The position numbers were made by a program, and so were the translations under genes. The notes below the pieces were generated by a model. That model was given only the letters and a program-made list of their open reading frames with translations. It made no database searches and was not told the origin of the DNA. Shown here piece after piece: positions 1 to 8,466 of a stretch of 64,000 nucleotides of DNA. Source of the stretch: a virus. Its lineage: Duplodnaviria > Caudoviricetes. Location: positions 1-64,000 of the IMG/VR virus record IMGVR_UViG_3300032038_006680. The stretch is one strand, 5' to 3'. How positions within the stretch are numbered: position 1 is the first letter of the stretch; each line of letters begins with the position of its first letter.

Positions 1-4
1 TGTT

Positions 5-763
5 TTGCCTACAGAGTATGGTTTACAAAACAATTCTCCAGAATATATCTCAACAGAACTTGCTGATAAGACTGCCTCAAATCCTTATATTGTTCCTCAT
101 GATGGTACTATTTATGCTGTTATTTCAAGTGTAAATGGCTATGGTAGCAGGGGCGCAAACTTAAATGGAAATTGGATAAACTTTACCAGAGGTTGGGGTT
201 CTGCAACAGGTGTTAATGCAGGATTAACAATAAATGTAAAGAAAGGTGATGCTCTTTATTTAACGAGCGCAACAACAGGTAGTATAGCAACACCGGGTGC
301 TTCAGGAGACTTAGGCGATAATAAATGGTATGCCACAGCTGTATGGAAGAAACCTATTTATAAATATATCAAAGCAGTAAGCGGAATTGAGACATCAAGT
401 ACAGAAGCGTCAGAAGTTGCTAATGCAGTCAATACTATTAAGGCCTATTGTAGAGCTCAGAATATATTGAGTGATTATGAGGATATAACATTACCTACAA
501 CAGCGGAAACAGCTATGGCAATGCCCTATGACGGAGTTTATATTCTTGCAAACTATGGGGTCGTCAATGTTCATCATATATACTTGAATGGTGTTGAAAT
601 ATCAGGTGGTATAACTGGTAATGGAACAACAGGAGCTTCAACAAGTTCTACAATTCTCTTTAAGAAAGGCGATAAGATGTATCGTTCAAATACTTATACC
701 TCGTCGTCACAATTCTTAGAGCATGTTGCCTACTACAAACTTCGTGATTATACAGGAAGATAA
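5..763 (+). CDS. Tail-fibre-like protein (probably 5'-truncated by the window edge)
   Basis: Gly/Thr/Asn-rich beta-type sequence with a repeated P(H/Y)DG motif (VPHDGTIY, MPYDGVYI); lies directly upstream of a tail-collar protein. Confidence 0.5.
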   Translation: MPTEYGLQNNSPEYISTELADKTASNPYIVPHDGTIYAVISSVNGYGSRGANLNGNWINFTRGWGSATGVNAGLTINVKKGDALYLTSATTGSIATPGASGDLGDNKWYATAVWKKPIYKYIKAVSGIETSSTEASEVANAVNTIKAYCRAQNILSDYEDITLPTTAETAMAMPYDGVYILANYGVVNVHHIYLNGVEISGGITGNGTTGASTSSTILFKKGDKMYRSNTYTSSSQFLEHVAYYKLRDYTGR

Positions 764-778
764 AAGGAGTTAAATAGA

Positions 779-1708
779 ATGAGTTTGTTAAGAAAGAGAA
801 ATGGTAAATTAGAAGTAGTAAGCGGAGCAAATTCATCAGGTTTGCCTATCGGAACTATTATACCTATTTATTCGGTTAAGGTTCCAGTTGGTTTCTTGCC
901 TTGTGATGGAAGCCAATATGATACCACACAATATCCAGAGCTTTATTTATTGTTAGGCTCAAACAAGCTTCCTGACTTGAGAGAGTCCACATTAGTAGGT
1001 ATTGGTACTTCTGACAGAACTGAAATTGCTGCACATGATGTTTATACATTAGGTCAGTTCAAAGATGACCAATTACAAGAGCACAAACATTACACAGTCC
1101 AAACCGCCTTGACAGGCGGTGAGATAAATGGCAACTTATATGCAAGACAGTCAAATTCAACCCATACTTATACTGGTAACAGACAAGTAGCTGGTGTAAG
1201 AGACGCTCGAGTTGGAACTACTACTCACGGTAAACAAACTGGTGTGTTCTTTGTTATTAAGGCTGTTACTGGTTTAACTACTGGTTCTGGTGAGTCTATA
1301 GAAGTTGTTAACGCAATAAATACAGCCACAGACGGTTTAGAGCAATACATTGTTGATAATTGTGAGACATTAGTAGAGAACGCATTGGGCACTATGCACT
1401 ACAACATTCTTCCATTGACAGTTGATTCTACAAGACATGTTTCTATTGACTCTTCTTTGTTACAAGGTGTTAACTACAGATTCAGACAGACATTCGCTGA
1501 CCAAGCAACAGGAACTTGGACTATTCAAAATACGGGAAACCATGATATTTCTGTTTCAAGATATGGCGGTAGAGGTAGTTCAGCAGTTGATAGAGTTGTA
1601 ACATTCTCTACTATTGCGGCTGGAGCTTCTGAGACATTTATTCTTGATTCTGACGATCCATACTTGGATTCAAATACATTCTCACTAGAAGCAATAAGGG
1701 TTTCATAA
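779..1708 (+). CDS. Phage tail fibre protein with tail-collar domain
   Basis: LPIGTIIPIYSVKVPVGFLPCDGSQYDTTQYPELYLLLG...LPDLR matches the tail-collar signature; GQFKDDQLQEHKH follows. Confidence 0.75.
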   Translation: MSLLRKRNGKLEVVSGANSSGLPIGTIIPIYSVKVPVGFLPCDGSQYDTTQYPELYLLLGSNKLPDLRESTLVGIGTSDRTEIAAHDVYTLGQFKDDQLQEHKHYTVQTALTGGEINGNLYARQSNSTHTYTGNRQVAGVRDARVGTTTHGKQTGVFFVIKAVTGLTTGSGESIEVVNAINTATDGLEQYIVDNCETLVENALGTMHYNILPLTVDSTRHVSIDSSLLQGVNYRFRQTFADQATGTWTIQNTGNHDISVSRYGGRGSSAVDRVVTFSTIAAGASETFILDSDDPYLDSNTFSLEAIRVS

Positions 1709-1709
1709 T

Positions 1710-2753
1710 ATGAATTACATACTGGCTAAACACAACTTTTGGCAACTCGTTCATAAGCAAGTTATCGTATACAGAGATGCCCCTGACTATGTTTTAGACT
1801 ATTTAAGACACAGGGGCTCTACAGTCATTCATTCTGAAACAAGACCAGAAAATGCTGTATTGATTAAAGGTACAGGACTTGACTGGCCAACAAAAGAAGA
1901 GCTTGGTGTTGTTGATGAAGTAGAAAATGACATTCAAGAAGGCTATGAAGTTGTTCAGTTTGTTGGCAACACAGCCAAAGGATTAAACATCTACAGAAGA
2001 CAGAAACTTAACGCTTATTTGAAGAAGCATTACAAAGTCGCAACAGTTTATAAAGGCTCTGTTGACACTTCTAACTGTAAGTTTATTGTTATTTCAGACC
2101 CAAGAGGAGCTGATGAGTTAGTAGAGAAAGCCAAATGCCCAATTTATTATGACAAGACAGATATGTGGGATGCTTTGGTAGACGGTATTGATAAGACAGT
2201 ATTAAACAAGGCTACTGGAGTATTCTGTTCAAGTAGGTTTATCTATGCTAACACTGAACACAAGAATAAAGTTTTGTTAGAGAATGCTGCCAATTATTAC
2301 CAATATCCATTTGACAGGGTTTATGAGAAAGAAAACATTGCTGTTTATGTTGGAAGAGCTGAGAATAAAGTTGATGTTGAGTTTTGCGATAAATTGAGAC
2401 AAGAACATCCAGACTTCAAGTTTGTTTCTATTGGATTAGAAATTCCTGGTTTTGAGAATATTCCTTCTATGAACTGGGAAGATATGATGAAGTATTTACA
2501 GAAATGTAAAGTAGGTTTAGTTCCATTAAAAGACAACGCATATACAGCTGGTCAGTTTAACTTAAAAGTATGGGATTATATCTTAAACAAAATGCCTGTA
2601 ATTGTTACTAATGACTACAATTACAAGAGCATCAAGAATGTTCACAAAGAGTGGACAACTGAGTTTGTTGAAGAGCCTATAACTTATTGGAATTCTGTAT
2701 TTGACAAGATTCTTTCTTATATAGAGGAAGACACGGAGGACGGCTTATGCTAA
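1710..2753 (+). CDS. GT-B fold glycosyltransferase (GT4-like C-terminal half)
   Basis: AVYVGR, FVSIG, LQKCKVGLVP...NLKVWDYI..KMPVIVT resemble the nucleotide-sugar binding half of GT4/Glyco_trans_1_4 enzymes. Confidence 0.65.
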   Translation: MNYILAKHNFWQLVHKQVIVYRDAPDYVLDYLRHRGSTVIHSETRPENAVLIKGTGLDWPTKEELGVVDEVENDIQEGYEVVQFVGNTAKGLNIYRRQKLNAYLKKHYKVATVYKGSVDTSNCKFIVISDPRGADELVEKAKCPIYYDKTDMWDALVDGIDKTVLNKATGVFCSSRFIYANTEHKNKVLLENAANYYQYPFDRVYEKENIAVYVGRAENKVDVEFCDKLRQEHPDFKFVSIGLEIPGFENIPSMNWEDMMKYLQKCKVGLVPLKDNAYTAGQFNLKVWDYILNKMPVIVTNDYNYKSIKNVHKEWTTEFVEEPITYWNSVFDKILSYIEEDTEDGLC

Positions 2754-3577
2754 CTCACAACTTGGATAACTTCTTTGAGGTAAGCTGGAAAATATCAGAG
2801 AAATGCAATATGAATTGCCCGTATTGCGTTGTTAAGAATAAAGCTCAGTTTCCAGATGCTGAGACTATAAGAAGAATTGCGCATAAAATAAATGAGCTTA
2901 TAAATATAAGAAAATGTAGTAATTCTCAGGTTTACATAACAGGTGGTGAGCCTTATTTACAAGACATAAATGAAATTATCAAGATATGGGATTCGCCATA
3001 TTTAAGAATGGTAAGAATAACTTCAAACATGTCATTAGATAAGGAAAAGTATTTGCAAACAAGGTCAATCTTAAAAGAAAGGGGCGTTAAGTTCTTGTTA
3101 AGAGCTTCTTATCATAATGGCGACTTCGGTCAATTCGTAAAGAAGTGTTCAGAATGTCAAGTTGATAACATAAATATAGTCTGTAATGACGATAACTATG
3201 AGTGGTACTTAAATGAGCTTAACAAGTTTGAGTTTGATGGAAACAAATATATCGTAGTTAACAACAGAATTATGATGATTAACTGGATGGTCGAGAGACT
3301 TCCAGGTGGCGGTATTCCTGAAACAGTAAAGAATATTCCAAAGAAGTCAAGAACATTCAGTATGGAAAATGGTTGCTGGTGTTCTGCAGGTTGGACTACA
3401 ATAAGAATTGAGCCATTCGGGGATATTAAAAGATGTTTCTCTACAGAGGTTGAAGGTAACATTTTGAAAGAAATAAAGACATTTCCAGAGAAGTATAGAT
3501 GTACAAGAAAGACTTGCTCAGGATGCCAGAATATATTTGTTTATGATGAAAGTGAGATAAAATATTTTCATAGGTAA
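2747..3577 (+). CDS. Radical SAM protein with C-terminal Cys cluster
   Basis: CNMNCPYC (CxxxCxxC), ITGGEP, ITSN, plus C-terminal CSAG...CF...CTRKTCSGC (Twitch/SPASM-like). Confidence 0.85.
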   Translation: MLTHNLDNFFEVSWKISEKCNMNCPYCVVKNKAQFPDAETIRRIAHKINELINIRKCSNSQVYITGGEPYLQDINEIIKIWDSPYLRMVRITSNMSLDKEKYLQTRSILKERGVKFLLRASYHNGDFGQFVKKCSECQVDNINIVCNDDNYEWYLNELNKFEFDGNKYIVVNNRIMMINWMVERLPGGGIPETVKNIPKKSRTFSMENGCWCSAGWTTIRIEPFGDIKRCFSTEVEGNILKEIKTFPEKYRCTRKTCSGCQNIFVYDESEIKYFHR

Positions 3578-3595
3578 AACTAGGGCTTTTTATCC

Positions 3596-3642
3596 TTGAA
3601 GTACCCCCCACCTAAAGGAAGGGGTTTTCTTGCTATTCCTTA
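3596..3642 (-). mobile_element. 47-bp IS200/IS605-type mini-element (fused left/right end, PATE-like)
   Basis: Minus strand reads TTTTAT|TAAGGAATAGCAAG-AAAA-CCCCTTCCTTTAGGTGGGGGG-TACTTCAA|; same TACTTCAA terminus and related hairpin as the TnpB element at 47370-48958. Confidence 0.65.
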
Positions 3643-3660
3643 ATAAAAATTATTCACTTC

Positions 3661-3711
3661 AAAAAAAGGTTATGCACTTCACACTTTATTCAGTGCATAA
3701 CCTTTTTTTTT
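3661..3711. terminator. Bidirectional intrinsic terminator
   Basis: 18-bp perfect inverted repeat AAAAAAAGGTTATGCACT / AGTGCATAACCTTTTTTT with a 13-nt loop. Confidence 0.8.
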
Positions 3712-3740
3712 GCATATTGACATTTTTTTTCTCTTTCGAT

Positions 3741-3769
3741 TTAAGGTCTTTTTTTTTCTCTTCTATATT
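3741..3769 (+). promoter_or_regulatory. Phage promoter family copy (TTAAGG-N17-TATATT) for the head operon
   Basis: 17-nt T-rich spacer; one of 8 similar sites. Confidence 0.65.
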
Positions 3770-3848
3770 TCCTTTAGAACGGTAAGAAACAGAAGTTTTC
3801 TCCCTCGGACGAGGCGGTTCTACTTTTACAGTTTGCAGGAGCAAAGAC

Positions 3849-4625
3849 ATGGGAACAACACCAAACACAGACGATCAGCGTTTAGCTGAATTTTCACAGA
3901 AATTGGATTCATTCAAGCCAGAAGGTTTTGATGATGAGAAATGGGGCAACCTGAAAGCTTCGGTCATCGGATTCCACGAGGATGAGGTTAAAGGACTGAA
4001 AATCAATTCGGCAAAAATGAAGGAAGAGAAAGATACCCTCTCCTCAAAGCTTACCGCATTGCAGGGTTCTTTCGATGACACCTCGGCGAAGATGAAGACA
4101 TTGGAGCAGCAGCTGGCTGAGAACCAGCCGGAAGAATTGAAGAAGGCATTTGAGAATTCTCAGAAAGAGATGGAAGAGAAATACGCTAAAAGCCTCTCAG
4201 AGCTTAACAAACAGCTTGCGGAGCGTGACGAGGCAATCAAAGGTCTGAAAGCCGGTGTCCTTGAGCGGGATGTCATGGCAGAATTCAATAAGGTTGCGGC
4301 CGATAAACAGTGGCTTGGTGGCGGCCGTGAGCTTGCGCAGTCGTTCATTATCGGTGAGCACGGAGAGAAATTCTCCCGCTTGAAGATGCCGGACGGAAGT
4401 GAGGTTCTTGTGAACAAAGATTCTTTGGATATGCGTCAGGCACTTAATAAGTTCCTCGACACAGAAGTTGGCAAAAACTTGCTTAAATCCGGTCTGAGCG
4501 GCGGGGGTGCGGAAGGCTCTGCTGGAACAGGCGGAAACGGCAAAAAGCTGACACAGGCTGAATATGACGCGCTGGGGCCGCAGGAGCGAATGGACTTCGA
4601 CATCAGCGGCGGGCAGATTATCTAG
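3849..4625 (+). CDS. Capsid scaffolding protein
   Basis: Coiled-coil EK-rich core, Gly-rich linker (SGGGAEGSAGTGGNG), short C-terminal helix; immediately precedes the coat gene. Confidence 0.75.
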   Translation: MGTTPNTDDQRLAEFSQKLDSFKPEGFDDEKWGNLKASVIGFHEDEVKGLKINSAKMKEEKDTLSSKLTALQGSFDDTSAKMKTLEQQLAENQPEELKKAFENSQKEMEEKYAKSLSELNKQLAERDEAIKGLKAGVLERDVMAEFNKVAADKQWLGGGRELAQSFIIGEHGEKFSRLKMPDGSEVLVNKDSLDMRQALNKFLDTEVGKNLLKSGLSGGGAEGSAGTGGNGKKLTQAEYDALGPQERMDFDISGGQII

Positions 4626-4653
4626 CCTGTCATAACTTATACAGGAGAAGATT

Positions 4654-5811
4654 ATGGCTTCTAACTCAAACATCAACAAAATTCGCCGTGATTACATGCT
4701 CGGCTTGCGAGAGAGCGGTTACTCACCGTTCTGTTTCATCAACTCAGTGAACACAAATACTGGGGCGGAAGAGGCCGCTGTCGGTGACATCGTTAAGGTG
4801 CCTATCGGAAAGGCTGGAAAGATGATTGACACCCCGGTCGGATTCAACTTCCCGAATGAGGCTGAGTCTGACGTCAACTCAATCAACATGGAGCTGACAT
4901 TCTCAAAGACCGTGCCAATCGACTGGAAAGGTGAAGACCAGAAAGCCGTTATGAATTCAGGCGCATGGGGAACTGTACGGGCCCAGCAGTTCGCGGACGC
5001 TTTCAATCAGATTCGCGACGCGATTGAGGAATCTGTCGCAAAAGAGGCAGTCCGTGCGGCTTCACGGGCTTACGGCACGGCAGGAACCTCTCCGTTCGCC
5101 GACGGCACTAAAATGGGCGACATGGCTCAGATGAAGGGAATCCTTGACGCGAACAAGTGTCCGAAAGTCGGGCGTTCAATCGCCCTTTCGCCGGAGGCCG
5201 AGACAAGTCTTCTTACCAATCAGGTGAATCTTGTCAAGGTGAACGAGGCAGGAAGCGATGCCGCCCTCCGTCAGGGAATCATCATGCCGACATACGGATT
5301 CAATGTCCGCTCAACGGCACAGCTCACGGAACATGTTGCCGGAGCCGGAACAGGATATGTGACAAACCTCGCCGAGACACTTGCGGCAGGCGCAGAGGAG
5401 ATTGCCGTTGACACTGGCTCAGGCGCAATCAATGCGGGTGACATCGTTACTTTCGAGGGCGACGCAAACAAATATGTCGTAAGTCAGGATTACGCTACAA
5501 CAACCACAAAGGTTGCAATCGGCGAGCCAGGCTTGCGTAAGGCACTTGCTGACGGAAAAGTAATGACAATCGGAGCAAACTATACTCCGTCTGTTGCTTA
5601 TCACAAATCGGCCATTGCCCTTGCTATCCGTCCTCCAAAGGCTCCCGAAGAGGGCGATATGATGGAGCGTACATTCGTGACAGACCCGTATTCTGGCATC
5701 ACTTTTGAGGTGGCTCTCGTAAAGGGCCAGCGTGTTGTCCAGTATCAGGTTTCTGCCGTATGGGGCGTAAAGGCAGTAAATCCTGCATGGATTGCCCTCT
5801 TGCTCGGCTAA
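4654..5811 (+). CDS. Major capsid protein, P22 coat (gp5)-like
   Basis: 385 aa; GDIVKVP, GFNVRST, GDIVTFEG, VSAVWGVKAVNP C-terminus typical of P22-coat family; position after scaffold. Confidence 0.85.
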   Translation: MASNSNINKIRRDYMLGLRESGYSPFCFINSVNTNTGAEEAAVGDIVKVPIGKAGKMIDTPVGFNFPNEAESDVNSINMELTFSKTVPIDWKGEDQKAVMNSGAWGTVRAQQFADAFNQIRDAIEESVAKEAVRAASRAYGTAGTSPFADGTKMGDMAQMKGILDANKCPKVGRSIALSPEAETSLLTNQVNLVKVNEAGSDAALRQGIIMPTYGFNVRSTAQLTEHVAGAGTGYVTNLAETLAAGAEEIAVDTGSGAINAGDIVTFEGDANKYVVSQDYATTTTKVAIGEPGLRKALADGKVMTIGANYTPSVAYHKSAIALAIRPPKAPEEGDMMERTFVTDPYSGITFEVALVKGQRVVQYQVSAVWGVKAVNPAWIALLLG

Positions 5812-5820
5812 GTCCCAAAA

Positions 5821-5857
5821 AAAATCCGCCCTGCATTTTTTCAGGGCGGTAAATTTT
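5821..5857 (+). terminator. Hairpin terminator after the capsid gene
   Basis: CCGCCCTG / CAGGGCGG 8-bp stem (5826-33 / 5842-49) with A/T-rich flanks. Confidence 0.6.
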
Positions 5858-5873
5858 CCATCAAGGAGAAATT

Positions 5874-6158
5874 ATGGCACTCGTAAAAATGATACGCGAC
5901 ATTCCAGAAGTTGCAGGCGGAAAAACCGAGGCGATGATGCAGGAGGATGCTGTCAAGGCGGCAATCCAGAACGGATGGCGTGTAGCTGATAAAGCGGTTG
6001 GCAATAATCAGGCGCAAAAAGAGCCTGTTAAAGAACCTGTTTCTGAGGCAAAGACCGAACCAAAGGCTGAGAAGCCAGAGGTGAAACCCGAGACAAAATC
6101 GGAGCCTAAGTCTGACAAGGCTGAATCAAAGAAACAGAAAACATTGCGTGACGCATAG
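5874..6158 (+). CDS. Small head-associated protein with Lys/Glu/Pro-rich tail
   Basis: AGGAG RBS; position between coat and adaptor genes. Confidence 0.5.
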   Translation: MALVKMIRDIPEVAGGKTEAMMQEDAVKAAIQNGWRVADKAVGNNQAQKEPVKEPVSEAKTEPKAEKPEVKPETKSEPKSDKAESKKQKTLRDA

Positions 6159-6166
6159 GAGCAGGC

Positions 6167-6745
6167 ATGGCTGACATAGCAGAGAACGAAGAAAGCAAGG
6201 TTATTCTCATTACGGAGGACGGCTCGTGCGTTCCGAACGCGAACTGTTATGTCACGCTTGCTTATGCTGACACTTACATGAGGAATACAGGTCGCACGGC
6301 ATGGGCCGCAAAGACCGAAGACGAGCGCAAGGCATATCTCATAAACGCGACCAAGTACATCGACCGCACTTACTCAAAGGTAGGCTGGAAAGGCGTGAAG
6401 AAGTTCCATCGGAAACAGACTCTCTGTTTTCCCCGCGTAGAGCTTTTTGACAAGGACGGGGATGAGGTTCTTGGAATCCCTGACGAGCTGAAACAGGCTG
6501 TCTGCGAGGCGGGCTTTATCGCCACCACCACTTCCCTTTTCACTACGAAAGATGCTTCGGGAACAATTAAGAAGCAGAAAGTTGATGTCCTTGAGGTTGA
6601 GTATTATTCCGAGAGCGATTCTTCTGGCGGATATATCTCACGCTTCACGATTCTTGACTCCCTTCTTTCTGATTTCTATAAGACGAAAGGCGGAAACAGG
6701 ATTCTGAGGGCGATTCACACCGACCTTCTTGGAGGACGAATCTAA
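6167..6745 (+). CDS. Head-tail adaptor (DnaT-like family)
   Basis: ANCYVTLAYADTY...W...ERKAYLINATKYID...QTLCFPR and IKKQKVDVLEVEY motifs; synteny. Confidence 0.75.
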   Translation: MADIAENEESKVILITEDGSCVPNANCYVTLAYADTYMRNTGRTAWAAKTEDERKAYLINATKYIDRTYSKVGWKGVKKFHRKQTLCFPRVELFDKDGDEVLGIPDELKQAVCEAGFIATTTSLFTTKDASGTIKKQKVDVLEVEYYSESDSSGGYISRFTILDSLLSDFYKTKGGNRILRAIHTDLLGGRI

Positions 6746-7117
6746 ATGGATTACGAAGCCCTCCGTAATGTCGCGGACTCGCTTATAGACAGTTTCTCAA
6801 ACAGTCAGACGGCCGTTCTTTTGAAGGAAGTCCTGACAAAAGAACCTGAGACGGGGAAAACTACAAAATCTTTCCGCGAGGTGTCGGAAGATGCCCGTGC
6901 CGTTATGACAAGCTACTCTGAGGAGGCTATCGCCCAGAGCAATGGTGTCGTAAAGGCAGGTGATGTGAAATTCGTGTGCAGGTTCACGGAGGAGCCTACG
7001 GAGGTCAAGGACAGGGTTCGGTACGCTGGTACTGAGTACAATGTAATCCATTACAGGCCAATCAATCCGACCGGGGACTATGTAATTACCTATGTAATTC
7101 AGGGAAGGAAGGCATAA
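6746..7117 (+). CDS. Head closure / head-tail joining protein
   Basis: VKAGDVKF, DRVRYAGTEYNVI..PINP motif; synteny. Confidence 0.65.
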   Translation: MDYEALRNVADSLIDSFSNSQTAVLLKEVLTKEPETGKTTKSFREVSEDARAVMTSYSEEAIAQSNGVVKAGDVKFVCRFTEEPTEVKDRVRYAGTEYNVIHYRPINPTGDYVITYVIQGRKA

Positions 7118-7119
7118 GT

Positions 7120-7977
7120 ATGGGCGCGACATTTTCTATAAAAGTAAGAACAGAAGGAAGTTCACATCAAAAGGTATACAAAGGAAAGGACGGGAAAGCT
7201 GTCGCCAATCTGATGATTGGTGCTATAGAAAACAAGGTTTTTGACCTTACAGGCAGAATGGTCGCGCATAAGGGACTTGAAGCGTCTGAGAGGACTTTGT
7301 GGTATGCAGCGATTTATTTTCAGAGGTTAATTTCAAGAACTCCGAGAGACGAGGATTATTCATATCGCGATGATAAGGGTCATATACATTATCACAAAGC
7401 TGATGATGATTATATGCAGGATTATTGGACTGCGAGGTATTGGAATTATAAAGGTATTACAGCCAAATATTTAAGAGAAAGTTGCGGCTGTACTTTTGAG
7501 GTTTTTAATAATCAGAAAGAAATAGAGACCATTTATGGGGAATTTCGTGACAGGTTTTTCGGTGCGGCTGGAAGCCGAGGGAGAGCTAATAAGGAATCTG
7601 GAAGAACAACTCTGAAAAGTGTCAGGTTTTACTGTGACTATCCAAAGGATGAAGAACACGAGCTTAGGTATCATCTCCTTGAATACGGCGGATATATCGG
7701 AGATGGAATCATAAAAAAAGATGGGGAAAACAAACATTATCACGGCGTTGCAAACGGCCACTCGATACAGGCCGCGAGAGGAATGACCGCAATGACAGAC
7801 ATGGAGTTCAAGTCAGGTCAGTTTAAAGCTCCTGGGAAAAGAGTTTATACGAAAAATATACTGAAACATATCGGCGGAATGCAGAATATAACAGAAGAGG
7901 TAAAGAAAATACTGAAAGGCAAGACTAAGCTTTCAGATTCTGATGTGGCGAAAATTATGAGTCTTTACGGAGTGTAA
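7120..7977 (+). CDS. Neck / tail-completion protein (HK97 gp10-like position)
   Basis: Basic; LLEYGGY...HSIQAARGM motif; synteny. Confidence 0.55.
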   Translation: MGATFSIKVRTEGSSHQKVYKGKDGKAVANLMIGAIENKVFDLTGRMVAHKGLEASERTLWYAAIYFQRLISRTPRDEDYSYRDDKGHIHYHKADDDYMQDYWTARYWNYKGITAKYLRESCGCTFEVFNNQKEIETIYGEFRDRFFGAAGSRGRANKESGRTTLKSVRFYCDYPKDEEHELRYHLLEYGGYIGDGIIKKDGENKHYHGVANGHSIQAARGMTAMTDMEFKSGQFKAPGKRVYTKNILKHIGGMQNITEEVKKILKGKTKLSDSDVAKIMSLYGV

Positions 7978-7978
7978 T

Positions 7979-8458
7979 ATGACTGACACTTACATCTGGA
8001 AGCATATAAAAAAGCGGTTCTATGCGATGTCTCGGAAAGAGTTCAATAAGGAGACTCAGGAATGGGAGATTTTTGAGTTTCCCTACTTTATCAAGGACGA
8101 TGACGGAAAGATTGAGAATGTCGTCGAGCCTAATATGACTTTGGAAAGACCATCCGATGACCTCTGGTTCGAGATATTCCCGCTTCATTCCATGCCGCGA
8201 CAGCAGGAGCTTGGAACGGCAGGAAGGAACAGGTGGATTTTCGGATTGCAGATAAACATCAACTGTTCAAGGACAGGTGGTTATGGCACTGACGACATTG
8301 ACAAGGCCTACGATTTTATCGCGGGCTGTTTCAAGCGTGGTGATATTTTTGACGGGATAAGGGTTCTACGGACGGCATACCGTTCTTCCGCGCGGCTGCT
8401 TGACGACTATTATTCCGTGCCTGTGACCGTAATGGTTCAGGCAGATTTGAAAAACTAG
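7979..8458 (+). CDS. Tail terminator protein
   Basis: GLQINI, F.RG, YYSVPVTV pattern; position just before the tail tube gene. Confidence 0.6.
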   Translation: MTDTYIWKHIKKRFYAMSRKEFNKETQEWEIFEFPYFIKDDDGKIENVVEPNMTLERPSDDLWFEIFPLHSMPRQQELGTAGRNRWIFGLQININCSRTGGYGTDDIDKAYDFIAGCFKRGDIFDGIRVLRTAYRSSARLLDDYYSVPVTVMVQADLKN

Positions 8459-8466
8459 GAGATACT

